Source: Acidimicrobiales bacterium (lineage in GTDB: Bacteria > Actinomycetota > Acidimicrobiia > Acidimicrobiales > Palsa-688). From it: 64,000 nucleotides of DNA. Shown piece by piece: positions 20,213 to 30,677 of the stretch (within the stretch, counting starts at the first letter, position 1; each line of letters begins with the position of its first letter). The stretch spans positions 102,528 to 166,527 of the forward strand of contig CBDIBC010000002.1 of assembly GCA_965276635.1 (NCBI GenBank), in the 5' to 3' direction. The notes below the pieces were generated by a model. That model did no database searches. It had not been told where the DNA came from and saw only the letters and a list, made by a program, of their open reading frames with translations. The position numbers were made by a program, and so were the translations under genes.

Positions 20213-20616
20213 GCCGGGGTCCCGGCCAGGCGGAACTGCGGCAGGCTCCACTCGCCTCGAACCTCGAACGTCACCTCGACCGGAGCCCCGCCCTTGACGT
20301 CCTCCGGCGCACAGCCGACGACGTTGGTGAGGATCCGGGCGGAGGGGTCCTCCTCGAGCTCGACCAGTGCCAGCACGAACGGCACCTCGAAGGCGGGGTC
20401 GAAGGTCTGGCGGGCGACGGTGAAGGCGTAGATGTGGCCCCGGCCGCTCACCTCAGCCGGCGTCAACGGGTCGGCCCCACACATCTGACACACCACGGTG
20501 GGCGGGTACTGGTACCGGCGACACGCATCGCACCGCTGCACCAGCAGCTTCCCTTGGCGGGCGCCTTCCCAGTAGAACTCCGACACCGCGTCGGGTTGCG
20601 GCACGGGCTTGTCCAT
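20209..20616 (-). CDS. DUF35 OB-fold / zinc-ribbon protein (Ltp2 partner)
   Basis: MDKPVPQPD..LLVQRCDACRRYQYPPTVVCQMCG..; RBS CAGGAGAAACAC. Confidence 0.75.
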   Translation of the reverse strand: MDKPVPQPDAVSEFYWEGARQGKLLVQRCDACRRYQYPPTVVCQMCGADPLTPAEVSGRGHIYAFTVARQTFDPAFEVPFVLALVELEEDPSARILTNVVGCAPEDVKGGAPVEVTFEVRGEWSLPQFRLAGTPA

Positions 20617-20742
20617 GTGTTTCTCCTGACTGCTTCGAGCCACCGGACGGCAGCGTATCGGTCCGTCCGCAGCGGACACCTCGGTAGTCCGTTGCTACCG
20701 TCCTCGACAGGGGCCAACGAGCTCAGGAAGAGGACTGGGAAA

Positions 20743-21345
20743 ATGGGAGCGATGCTGCGGGTGGGTCTGGTGGGGGTGGGATGGGGTGCGCTCGTCCACG
20801 CTCCTGCGTTCCGCGCCGTCGCTGGATACCAACTCGTCGCCCTGTGTGCCACCCGTCCGGAGAGCGTGGCGCGGGCGTCCGAGCGACCCGGTGTCAGCGA
20901 CACTTCGACGGATTGGAAGTCCTTCGTCAGGCGCGACGACCTCGACCTGATTTCCATTTCCGCACCCGTACCGTTCCACCGGGAGATGACGCTCGCGGCG
21001 CTCGACGCCGGCAAGCATGTGCTGTGCGAGAAGCCTCTGGCGATGAACGGTGACGAGTGTCTCGACATGGTCCTCGCCGCCGAGCGCAGCGACCGGGCCA
21101 CTGCAGTTTGCTTCGAGAACCGCTGGTCCCCCGAGCGGCTGGCTATCCGGGAGCTGGCGGAGGGCGGAGCGCCGGGCCCGTGTCGTTTGTGCAGGCAACC
21201 GTCCGAGGATTGGCTCCCGGCCTTCGACGGCGCGCCGACCTCCCTGCCCTCGCTGCGAGACGGCTGGAGAGTGCAACAGATCATCGATGCAGCGCTGCGC
21301 TCCTCCGACGGCGGCGGATGGGTCGACATCGAGCAGACGAAATGA
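20743..21345 (+). CDS. Gfo/Idh/MocA-family oxidoreductase, unusually short (200 aa), possibly internally deleted
   Basis: MGAMLRVGLVGVGWGALVHAPAF..GKHVLCEKPLAMNGDEC. Confidence 0.55.
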   Translation: MGAMLRVGLVGVGWGALVHAPAFRAVAGYQLVALCATRPESVARASERPGVSDTSTDWKSFVRRDDLDLISISAPVPFHREMTLAALDAGKHVLCEKPLAMNGDECLDMVLAAERSDRATAVCFENRWSPERLAIRELAEGGAPGPCRLCRQPSEDWLPAFDGAPTSLPSLRDGWRVQQIIDAALRSSDGGGWVDIEQTK

Positions 21346-21361
21346 GGCTAGGAGTGGTGCG

Positions 21362-22560
21362 ATGACGAAGCCCTTGGCCGGCGTGAAAGTCGTCGAGCTC
21401 TCGATGTGGGCCTACGTGCCCTCGGCCGGCGCGGTGCTGGCTGACTGGGGAGCGGACGTCGTCAAGATCGAATCCCCCTCGGGCGATCCCATCCGGGGCC
21501 TGGTGAACGCCGGAGTCGGGCCTATGGCGGATATCACCTTCACCTGGGAGATCTTCAACCGCAACAAGAAGGCCATCGCTCTGGACCTCACCAGGCCCGA
21601 GGCGCAAGAGATCGTCTACATGCTGGCCGCAGACGCCGACGTGTTCCTCACCAGCCTTCTGCCACCGGCGCGCAAGAAGCTGGGCGTGGACCTGGCCAGG
21701 ATCCGGGAGGCCAACCCCGGCATCATCTACGCCTCCGGGACCGGTCAGGGAGCCCGGGGCCCCGAAGCCGATCGCGGCGGCTACGACTCCATCACCTTCT
21801 GGTCGCGCGGTTCTATAGCCGCAGCGGTCACCCCTCCAGAGCACCCACGACCGGTGGGCATGCCGGCCGGGGCGTTCGGCGACTCCATCTCTGGCATGGC
21901 CCTCGCCGGCGGGGTGGCCGCTGCGCTCGTGCAGAAGGCTCGAACAGGCGAGGCGTCGGTGGTCGACGGCTCGCTGCTCGGGACGGCCATGTGGGCCATG
22001 CAGATGGGGATCGTCGGCGCCGCCGTGGCAGCTGCCGCCCCCTCGCCAGCCAAGCTCGACGTCGCCCCGGTGGCCAACCCACTGGTTACCAGCTACCGAA
22101 CCTCCGACGACCGGTGGGTGGCCTTGTTGCATGCTGCAGCGCGATGCCTACTGGGACCGGCTGTTCGCGACCGTCGGGCGGTCCGACATCCTCTCCGATC
22201 CCCGGTTCCAGACCCGGCAGACCGCACCGCCAACGGTGATGCTGCGGTAGCCGAGCTGGAGACGACGTTCGCCGAGCACCCACTGGCTCACTGGCTAGAG
22301 GTCCTGCCTGCCAGAAGGGGCAATGGGACGTGGTCCGGCTGGTATCCGAGGTTGGGTCTGACCCGCAGGCGGTCGCCAACGGCTTCATTCAGGACGTGGG
22401 CTACGGGGAGGACCGTTCATTGCCGATTGTCGCCAATCCCGTTCAGTTCGACCGGGCTCCGCCGGAGCTGCGGCTGGCGCCGACCTTAGGGGAGCACACA
22501 GACGCCGTCCTGGCGCCTCTCGGTATGGACGACGAGGCGATCCGAGGTCAAGATCAGTGG
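21362..22560 (+). pseudogene. CaiB/BaiF family III CoA-transferase, at least three frameshifts
   Basis: MTKPLAGVKVVELSMWAYVPSAGAVLADWGADVVKIESPSGDP in one frame; DAYWDRLFATVGRSDILSDPRF in a second; DRSLPIVANPVQFDRAPPELRLAPTLGEHTDAVL in a third. Confidence 0.6.
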
Positions 22561-22696
22561 CGGAGTCGTATAGCCCCGGGCAGTCGTGTCCAGGGCCCGC
22601 ACCCTCGGGTGCCAATGACAAGGAGCTCGTTCGAGAGCGACTACCCGCACTCGGACGGCAACTGGCCCACACCCGCAAGCTGCTGGCCGAGGCCGC

Positions 22697-23674
22697 TCAT
22701 GAAGCGGAGTTGATCGATCGTCGCTCGACGGCGTCGGCGAACTGACGCCAGTCCTCGGCGTAGCGGCGCGCCTGGTCGGCCACCTCATAGATCCGGCTGA
22801 GAGGGACCGCGCCGATGTACTCGCACCATCGGGCCGCCGTGCCTGCGGCGTCGAACCAGGAGGCGAAGTCGGCGCTGTCGTCGCTCGACCGGCACGCTGT
22901 GTCCCCGGTCCACGCCGGCTCGGATCGCGTCGGCGGGCTCCACGGGGCCGACACCTCCCTCTGGTGGGAGCGGCGAGGGTCCTCGCCGCGCTCGATGCGG
23001 TTTCGCACCGATCGGACGGTTTCCGGAGCGGCCCCCACCTCCTGCGCGATCTGGCGCAGGGAGGCCCTCGGGCTGGTAGCGATGGCGTCGGCAATCCGAG
23101 CTCGCACCGCCGTCGCGTGGACCGGCCGCACCCGCCGGTCCCGGCCGACACGTACGTGGGGTTCCGGCCTGCTGTCCCCCGCCCGCACCGCAGCCCTCAG
23201 TCGACCCACGGTCTTGTGGTCCAACGCGCAGATCCGTCCGATGGCCCGATCGGATCGCTCTCGTGAGGTCGCGAGCAGGCGCCTCGCCGCTGCGCTGCGC
23301 TCGGCGATGGACAGCGGCAGTCCGTGCTGGACGTTGGCCTGTACTGCCTCGATGAAGGCCTCGTCGTCTGTGCCGTGAAAGAGGCGGGCGTTGATGGTCG
23401 TCAGCCGGAGCTGGCGCGCAGCCACCACTCGGTGCATCCCATCGATGACCTGGAGGGTGGTTCCGGACACCAGGATGGCCGGCCACCGGTCGGGCACCTC
23501 AGCCAGCGCCAATACGTGCTCCCGCTGCAAGTCGCGTGCCCGCAGCGAGGGTCTATGGCGCAGGTCCTCCACCCTGAGTGTCGTCTCGTCGCTGTGAGAG
23601 GCGAGACGCAGGGGCACCGGGACCCGGGCCGCGTCCTGATCGATGGTGTGGCCGGTAGCTGCGGCGGTGGTCAC
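22697..23674 (-). CDS. StrR-family (ParB-like N-terminal domain) pathway-type transcriptional regulator
   Basis: VEDLRHRPSLRARDLQREHVLALAEVPDRWPAILVSGTTLQVIDGMHRVVAARQLRLTTINARLFHGTDDEAFIEAVQANVQHGLPLSIAERSAAARRLL. Confidence 0.7.
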   Translation of the reverse strand: MTTAAATGHTIDQDAARVPVPLRLASHSDETTLRVEDLRHRPSLRARDLQREHVLALAEVPDRWPAILVSGTTLQVIDGMHRVVAARQLRLTTINARLFHGTDDEAFIEAVQANVQHGLPLSIAERSAAARRLLATSRERSDRAIGRICALDHKTVGRLRAAVRAGDSRPEPHVRVGRDRRVRPVHATAVRARIADAIATSPRASLRQIAQEVGAAPETVRSVRNRIERGEDPRRSHQREVSAPWSPPTRSEPAWTGDTACRSSDDSADFASWFDAAGTAARWCEYIGAVPLSRIYEVADQARRYAEDWRQFADAVERRSINSAS

Positions 23675-24068
23675 GTGGAAGGTCCCCCCAAATCACGCCA
23701 GTGTCGCTGTAGTTGTACTTCGCGCGAGCAACCACATGCTACGGTAAAGTCAGTCGACGTCTAAACTTTCCCTGGTGCGCGCCGTCGACCGTGCAGCTAT
23801 CGTGTCGGTACCACTTGTTGTATATGTGCGCTCCGGGGGGGTCATGCTGTGCGACGGAGCATGCAAGCGCCTGGCCGCGCCCTGCGTCGTGGAGCCAGCC
23901 GGGCACAAGTTGTTCCCGGTCCGCCTACCTGGATGGACGAACGACACGAGGGAGACAGAGACATGGCAGGTCACTTGGAGGGCAAGGTCGCCTTCGTCAT
24001 CGGTCAGCAGACTCGCCGTCGACGCCGGATCGCCACTCGAGCTCCCCGGCCGGCCGGTATAGATCCGA

Positions 24069-25275
24069 GATGAGCGCCATCGAGGAGCAGCCCGTCACCA
24101 CGGCGGGGACGACCTGCCCGTTCGTTCGCTACGAGGAGGTCAACGTAGGCAAGGCCGACGCCCTGTGGCACTTCGCCAACTTCGACCGCAAGCGGGAGCA
24201 GGCTCGAATCCACTTCGGCGATGCCGACGGGCACGAGTTCTGGATGCTGACGACGATCGAGGATATTCGGACGGCTCTCCAGCAGCCCGCCACCTTTTCC
24301 AGCCGCTCGGTGCAGCCCAACGATCCTGATCCCCCCTACCAGTGGATCCCTGAGATGCTCGACCCGCCGCTGCACACCCAGTGGCGCCAGCTGCTCGGGC
24401 CGACCTTCACCCCAGCGGCGATCGCCAAGCTCGAGCCCAAGGTCCGCCAGCGGTTCAGTGAGATCCTCGACGAGGTGGCAGCCAGGGGCCGCTGTGATTA
24501 CGTCGCCGACGTCGCGCTGTGCTTCCCCAACACGATCTTCATGGAGATCATGGGCCTACCGGTGTCGGACGCCGCCCAGTTCCAGGCGTGGGAGACTGCA
24601 ATCCTGCACGGGAGCGTCGGCAAGGAGGCGTCGTACAACGCCATGATGGAGGTTGTCGGCTACTTCGGCCAACTGGTCGCCGAGCGGCGCAAGACCCCTC
24701 GCGACGACCTGGTGAGCGCCGCGCTGTCCTACCGCATCGACGGCGAGTTGGTCTCCGACGAAGACCTCCTCAGCCTGTGCCTGCTCCTCTTCATGGCCGG
24801 CCTCGACACGGTTGCCATGCAGCTGTCGTACTCGATGCTGCACTTGGCCACCCACGCCGACGACCGCCGCCGGCTGATGGCGGAGCCAATCCTCTGGCCT
24901 ACCGCCATCGAGGAGTTCCTTCGCTACTACTCCTTTGTCACCCCAGGCCGAAAGATCGTGCAGGACGGTGAGTTCCAGGGCTGTCCGATCAGGGCCGGCC
25001 AGATGGTCTACCTCCCGCTGGTCTCGGCCAACCGCGATCCGCAGGAATTCTCTGACGCCGGCAAGGTCCTGATCGACCGGGAGGTCAACCGGCACATAGC
25101 CTTCGGTGTTGGACCCCACCGGTGCCTCGGCACCCACCTGGCTCGCCAGGAGCTGCGCATCGGTCTGGTCGAGTGGCATGCCCGCATCCCGGACTACCGT
25201 CTCGCCGAGGGGTCCGCGATCGTCGAGCATGGTGGGCAGGTCGGCCTCGACAACCTGGACTTGGTCTGGAACTGA
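24069..25275 (+). CDS. cytochrome P450
   Basis: MSAIEEQPV..; FGVGPHRCLGTHLARQEL; EEFLRYYSFV. Confidence 0.9.
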
Positions 25276-25305
25276 CCCGGTCCGCTGCCGTCTCGGCGGT
25301 GGTGT

Positions 25306-26091
25306 TCACGGAGGGGGCGGCAGGGCGCTGGGGTCCGGGTGGCCGGGCCCGAAGCTGCGCACGTGGACGACGTCGATCATCTGCCCGGCCGGGCGGGTCA
25401 GGATGAACACCAGGGCTTCGGCCATCCACGCCGGGTCCTGGCCGGGACCGGCGACCCGGGTCAGGTAGCCACTGGCATCCCACGCCGGGAAGGCGGCCTC
25501 GACCTCCTCGGGCGCGAAGTTGGACCCGAAATCGCTGGTGACGGTACCGCTCACATAGTTGGACACCCGGATGCGGTCCTCCTTCAGCTCGTGCACCATC
25601 ATTCGCGAGAAGTGGTCCAGGCCGCCCTTGGACGCCCCGTACAGGACCATGGAAGGGAGGTAGTCGCTCGTGATCTCTGAGGTCACATTGACGATGTCGC
25701 CCCCGCCGGCCTTGCGGAGCAACGGGATGGCCGCACGCGTGGTGTAGATCGGCCCGAGCAGGTTGACTCCCATGACGTAGGCGATGTCCTCGTCGGTTGC
25801 GTCCTCGATCCGGCGGACCCGGGCCACGCCGGCCACGTTGAGCAGCGCGTCGACCCGGCTGAAAGCCTCGTCGATTCGGCCGAAGGCGTTTCGAACGCTG
25901 GCTGGGTCGGCAACATCGCAGATGACCGGGGTCGCCCTGAGTGCATTCGCCTCCTTCTCCAGGCGGTCTCGGCCTCTCGCCAGCATCACGACGTCAGCTC
26001 CCTCGCTCGCGCAGAGCGTGGCGGCGGCCAGCCCGATGCCCGATGATGCTCCGACGACCACAACCACCCGCCCGTCCAGACGCTGCCCCAT
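25306..26091 (-). CDS. SDR-family oxidoreductase
   Basis: GRVVVVVGASSGIGLAAA..; YGASKGG. Confidence 0.85.
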   Translation of the reverse strand: MGQRLDGRVVVVVGASSGIGLAAATLCASEGADVVMLARGRDRLEKEANALRATPVICDVADPASVRNAFGRIDEAFSRVDALLNVAGVARVRRIEDATDEDIAYVMGVNLLGPIYTTRAAIPLLRKAGGGDIVNVTSEITSDYLPSMVLYGASKGGLDHFSRMMVHELKEDRIRVSNYVSGTVTSDFGSNFAPEEVEAAFPAWDASGYLTRVAGPGQDPAWMAEALVFILTRPAGQMIDVVHVRSFGPGHPDPSALPPPP

Positions 26092-26260
26092 CTGCGATCC
26101 CCCTGCCCCTCGAGAGCACCGAGATTAGCGAAGATCCCGCCGACTTCGCAGGGCCCCGATCATCAACGGTATCCTCCGCTTACGCAGGCCGGTGGTCACA
26201 ACGGGTACAGCCGGGCGTGTGCATCGACAGTGACGGACCGGGTTGGTCACTTCGGCACGG

Positions 26261-28366
26261 TTATTCAGAGGGCCCCGGGTTGGGACCATCGAGTGGCAGC
26301 TCGTTCGGTCGGGGCGGCGCCGATTGGCTGTCGGGAGGGTCATCTTCCCGGGCAAGGGCCAGGAGGTTGACCCGGTCGCCGGGTGCGAGCGTGATCCCCG
26401 GGTCGGGTCGGCGCAGCTTGCGGTTGTGGATGACTGAGACGGGAATGTAGTTGGGCGGCCAGGTGATGTCTCGCAGCATCTCGCCTGCCGCAGGCGAGTC
26501 GTTGGCGAGTGAGATCTCGACGACGCGGTAGCTATGTAGCGGGGTACGGGGCTGGTGGAGGGCCGAGGTCGCGTCTGGCACCGCCGAGTCTGCGGCCAGC
26601 TGCCCCTGGATGGTCTCTGCTTGGACGGAGCTGAGCCGCCGGGCCAGCCCCTCGACCACGTCCTGGTTGGTGATCCACCCCTGGACGTCTCGGCCGTCGG
26701 TGGACAGGACCGGTAGGCCGTCGCGTCCGTAGAGCACCAGCTGGCGCAGCGCCTGGGCGAGGGACTCATTGACGAACAGTGCTTGCGGCTCTCCCACATG
26801 GGTGACTGGTCCGATCAGCGCCGGCCAGTCCGGTGCGGAGAATCCGTTGGCCGATGCGTCCGGGTTCTGAGCCGCGGGGAGCGGGGCGCGGAAGGCGTTC
26901 ATGGCGTCGGCGACGGTCAGATCCTGCAGGCCCCGCAAAGGAGTGGCCCGGTCGATATCGGTGCCCCGGCGGAGCAGCTTGGTGGTGTAGATCGTGCCGT
27001 AGCTCAGCGCCCGGGAAACCGTCGAGGCGACCGCCACGGCCAGCATCACGGGCAGAGTCAGAGTGAAATCGCCCGTTAGCTCCACCACGCTCGCCAGCGA
27101 CGTCAACGGCGCGCGGGCCGCAGCGGTGAACACTGCACCCATGGCCACCACGGCGTAGAGCGCGGGCTGGCCGGCGCCCGACCCGAACACCTGGTCCACC
27201 ATCACGCCGAAGGCCATACCGGATGTGGCCCCGATGAACAACGACGGTGCGAACACCCCGCCCGAGCCGCCGATGCCGATAGTCAGGCTGCAGGCGAGTA
27301 TCTTGGCGAACGACAGCAGGATCAAGAACCACACCCCGTAGCCGCCCCCGACGACCTTGTACATGACCGGGTACCCGACGCCGTACATCTGCGGCACGGC
27401 CAGCAGCAGCAACCCGAGCAGCACCCCGCCGACCGCCGGCCGAGCCCACTCCGGGCGGCCCTTCCAAAGGCGATCACATAGGTCCTCCACCTTGTACAGC
27501 ACCGCCTTGAACGCCAGTCCCATCAGGGCGGCGATAGCCGCCAGCAGGACGATGAGCAGGTAGTTGTGAAGGTGGTGCAAGGCGATGCCCGACGGAAAGC
27601 GGCTGAAGAACGCGCCGCTGCCCAAGAAGGCCTGGCTGATGACGTCGGCGACCATCGACGACAGCATCACGGTGAAGATCGCCTCGATGGCGAACTCGCG
27701 CAAAATGAGCTCGACGCCGAAGAACACGCCGGTGATCGGCGCGTTAAATGTGGCGGCAATGCCCCCGCCGGCTCCGCACGCCACCAGGATCCGCATGCGG
27801 TTCTCGGGCATCCGTACCCACTGCCCCAAGGTGGAGGCGAGCGCCGAGCCGATCTGGACGATCGGTCCCTCCCGACCGACGGAGCCACCGACGCCGATGC
27901 ACACGGCGGAAGCGACGGCCTTGATCCCGCTGACCTGCGGGCGGATCCGGCCGCCGTTCTCGGCCACAGCGATCATCACCTCGGGCACGCCGTGGCCACG
28001 TGCCTCGCGGGCGTAGCGGTAGATCAGGGGGCCGTATACCAAACCCCCGAGGACCGGGATCACGACGAAGAACCCCAGGCCCAGCCACGGCAGGTGGTCG
28101 CTGCCCGTGTAACCGGCCTGGCCGAACTGCTCGTGTCCCGTCGCCAACCACGTCGCCCCGTAGATGAGGTAGCGGAAGGCGATGGCGCCGAAGCCGGCGC
28201 CCACACCGACGACCAAGGCGACAAAGAACAGGCCGAACCGGGAACCGCGCAGCCACCCGCCCGCCCCGCTTACCCAGCCCGGAGGGCCGGCCGACGCCGG
28301 CCGGCTGCTTGCGGCACCTCCCGTCGCCCCGGTGGTGTCCAAGACCATCTCAGCGTCGTCGGTCAC
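26261..28366 (-). CDS. ClC-family chloride/proton transporter with C-terminal CBS pair and TrkA-C domain
   Basis: GREGP, GIGGSGGVFAPSLFIGA, and CBS-like motifs followed by PGDRVNLLALARED. Confidence 0.85.
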   Translation of the reverse strand: MTDDAEMVLDTTGATGGAASSRPASAGPPGWVSGAGGWLRGSRFGLFFVALVVGVGAGFGAIAFRYLIYGATWLATGHEQFGQAGYTGSDHLPWLGLGFFVVIPVLGGLVYGPLIYRYAREARGHGVPEVMIAVAENGGRIRPQVSGIKAVASAVCIGVGGSVGREGPIVQIGSALASTLGQWVRMPENRMRILVACGAGGGIAATFNAPITGVFFGVELILREFAIEAIFTVMLSSMVADVISQAFLGSGAFFSRFPSGIALHHLHNYLLIVLLAAIAALMGLAFKAVLYKVEDLCDRLWKGRPEWARPAVGGVLLGLLLLAVPQMYGVGYPVMYKVVGGGYGVWFLILLSFAKILACSLTIGIGGSGGVFAPSLFIGATSGMAFGVMVDQVFGSGAGQPALYAVVAMGAVFTAAARAPLTSLASVVELTGDFTLTLPVMLAVAVASTVSRALSYGTIYTTKLLRRGTDIDRATPLRGLQDLTVADAMNAFRAPLPAAQNPDASANGFSAPDWPALIGPVTHVGEPQALFVNESLAQALRQLVLYGRDGLPVLSTDGRDVQGWITNQDVVEGLARRLSSVQAETIQGQLAADSAVPDATSALHQPRTPLHSYRVVEISLANDSPAAGEMLRDITWPPNYIPVSVIHNRKLRRPDPGITLAPGDRVNLLALAREDDPPDSQSAPPRPNELPLDGPNPGPSE

Positions 28367-28382
28367 CGAGGCGTTCCATGCG

Positions 28383-28907
28383 TCATCGGATCGCTCCGGG
28401 CGGGTTCAACGCGGGCAGGTCGGCGGTTTCTGCGGGCCATTCGCTGTCGGGGACCTCGCCGGCGGATGCCGCAAACACCCGCATGGCATCGGCCACCGCT
28501 GCCTGCTCCTCGGTGGTCAGGGAGCGCAGGATGTCGGTGATGAACACCCGACGACGATCGGTTGCGTCGTCGACCACCTGCCTTCCCTCCCGGGTCAGAG
28601 ACACCAGCACGGTCCGGCGGTCCTTGCGGGCCCGGTGACGGCGGATCAGCCGCTTGCGAACCAGGCGGTCACACATCCGGCCGGCCGTAGACGGGGCCAC
28701 GCCGAGCGCACCAGCTAGGTCGACGAGACGGTGCGGACCACGCGAGGCCAGCACGACCAGGGTCCTGTACTGGGCGATGGTGGTCTCCTCGGCGGTCGCG
28801 CCGAGCGACCGGGTGGCCACAGCTATCAGCGTGCGGCTGGCGGTCAGCACCGCGCCGACGACACGCTCGTCCACCTCGTGCTCTCCGGCCGGTCTCTCGT
28901 CCGCCAT
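28383..28907 (-). CDS. MarR family transcriptional regulator
   Basis: MADERPAGEH..; MarR HTH; RBS GGAAGGGTGGAGGG; 17-nt gap to the ClC start. Confidence 0.8.
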   Translation of the reverse strand: MADERPAGEHEVDERVVGAVLTASRTLIAVATRSLGATAEETTIAQYRTLVVLASRGPHRLVDLAGALGVAPSTAGRMCDRLVRKRLIRRHRARKDRRTVLVSLTREGRQVVDDATDRRRVFITDILRSLTTEEQAAVADAMRVFAASAGEVPDSEWPAETADLPALNPPGAIR

Positions 28908-29188
28908 CCCTCCACCCTTCCTTCCGAGCGATGCTTGCTGCCTCATTTTATAGCAGACTGCAAGGAATTAGCTCCGGCAATCGTCTACGGGGCGCCATGG
29001 GACCGGTGGCGTCCCGCAACCAGTGAAGAGGAGCTCGACGACCGCCGCTGTCGGGCATCGCGACCTCGGCACGATCGTGCTCAGGTCGGGTCGTGATCAG
29101 CCGATTAATACCAGGAAGCCTTGTGGCTGAGCCACGAAGCGCACGTGCACGTGCCCGTGCGACGGGCGGGGGGGACGGAGACGAGTCC

Positions 29189-30574
29189 ATGATGGCCGAA
29201 GCAGACTGGGAAGAAGAGCAGACCCGGGCGCAGCGGCTCCGCGCTTCGGTTCTCGGGATGCTCGCCCTCGGGGGTCTCAGCATCCCGGCGATGGTCCTAG
29301 GATCGGTAATCGCGTCTGGCGCCACGAAGTACGTGATCTCGGCCGCCTTCATTCTGCTGGTGATAGCGCCGGTCGTCATCGCCCTGGTGCGTATAACCGA
29401 GCACAAGCAGCAGCTCACCAATGCCAAGGTCCGCCTGCTGGCCCGCGAGCTCTCGGAGGCGCTACGGGCTGCTGAGCGGGAGGCAGAGGAACGGGACATG
29501 CAGTCACGGCGTCAGCACTTCGAGAGTCGTTTGGCGAACGCCTTGGACATGGCCGGTGGCGAGCCGGAGGTGTTGGATGTGATCGAGCGATCGTTCACGT
29601 CGGTGCTGCCAGGCTCCTCGGTGGAGCTCCTGCTGGCTGACAGCAGCCAGGCCCATCTGACCAGGATGGCAAACGTCGCTCCGGCCGGCGAGCCAGCTCG
29701 AGGAGTGACCGGCGGTTGCGGTGTCGATTCACCTGACCAGTGTCCGGCTGCGCGTCGCGCCCAAACCCAGCACTTCTCCGACAGCACTGACCTCGACGCG
29801 TGCCCAAAGCTCCGGCAGCGACAGGACGGTCCCCTCTCCGCGCTCTGTGTGCCGGTGTCGATCATGGGCCGTACGGTCGGCGTCATCCACGCCACCGGGG
29901 CCCCGGGTGCCATCGTGGAGGGCAACCAGGTGCATGATCTGACGACCCTCGCCAAATTGGGCGGCGCCCGGCTCGGGCTGCTCAGGGTGATGGCCGAGAC
30001 CCAGCTCCAAGCCTCGACGGACAGCCTTACGGGACTGTTGAATCGACGCTCTTTCGAAGAGAAGAGCACTGCGCTCCGGCGGCGTCATCCCGTGTTGACA
30101 GTCGTCATGGCTGATCTCGATCATTTCAAGGCGCTCAACGACACGTATGGCCACAACACGGGTGATCGCGCCTTGCGCCTCTTCGCCCAGGTCCTGCAGG
30201 AATCCATGCGCGCTGACGATGTGATCTGCCGCCATGGAGGCGAGGAATTCGCCATCGCTCTTCCCGCCTGTCCGCCTGAGACTGCCCGCAGCATCTTGAA
30301 TTCGATGCGTGTCCGACTTGACGCCGCGATCACTGTTGCCGGGGCGCCCAAGTACACCGTGAGCTTCGGTGTGACCGAGGCGCACACGCACGAAGAGCTT
30401 TCAACTGCGCTGGAACGGGCCGACCGTGCGTTGTTCGATGCCAAGCTCGCCGGACGCGACCGCGTCGTCGTTCACGACAACGCCGGCCAGGTCGTCCACG
30501 GCGACGACATGACGGACGACGGAGAGGCGGAGATGCGCAGGGTTCTACCGGACACGTACCGACCACATCGGTGA
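29189..30574 (+). CDS. membrane-anchored GGDEF diguanylate cyclase with a sensor region
   Basis: TM segments; LTGLLNRRSFEE..RHGGEEFAIAL. Confidence 0.8.
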   Translation: MMAEADWEEEQTRAQRLRASVLGMLALGGLSIPAMVLGSVIASGATKYVISAAFILLVIAPVVIALVRITEHKQQLTNAKVRLLARELSEALRAAEREAEERDMQSRRQHFESRLANALDMAGGEPEVLDVIERSFTSVLPGSSVELLLADSSQAHLTRMANVAPAGEPARGVTGGCGVDSPDQCPAARRAQTQHFSDSTDLDACPKLRQRQDGPLSALCVPVSIMGRTVGVIHATGAPGAIVEGNQVHDLTTLAKLGGARLGLLRVMAETQLQASTDSLTGLLNRRSFEEKSTALRRRHPVLTVVMADLDHFKALNDTYGHNTGDRALRLFAQVLQESMRADDVICRHGGEEFAIALPACPPETARSILNSMRVRLDAAITVAGAPKYTVSFGVTEAHTHEELSTALERADRALFDAKLAGRDRVVVHDNAGQVVHGDDMTDDGEAEMRRVLPDTYRPHR

Positions 30575-30677
30575 CTGGCGCTGGCAAAGGGATACCCCAT
30601 AGCGGGAGCCCAGGCGCAACACCTTGGCCGGGGCTAGAACGGTCGTTTGTGAGATCGTCGAGCCAAGTGTCGGTGAC

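Noticed and set aside
20113-20742. N-terminal extension of the Gfo/Idh/MocA ORF (ORF call starts at 20113)
   Set aside because: The extension overlaps the DUF35 and thiolase genes on the other strand. The real start is the ATG at 20743, which has a purine-rich RBS.
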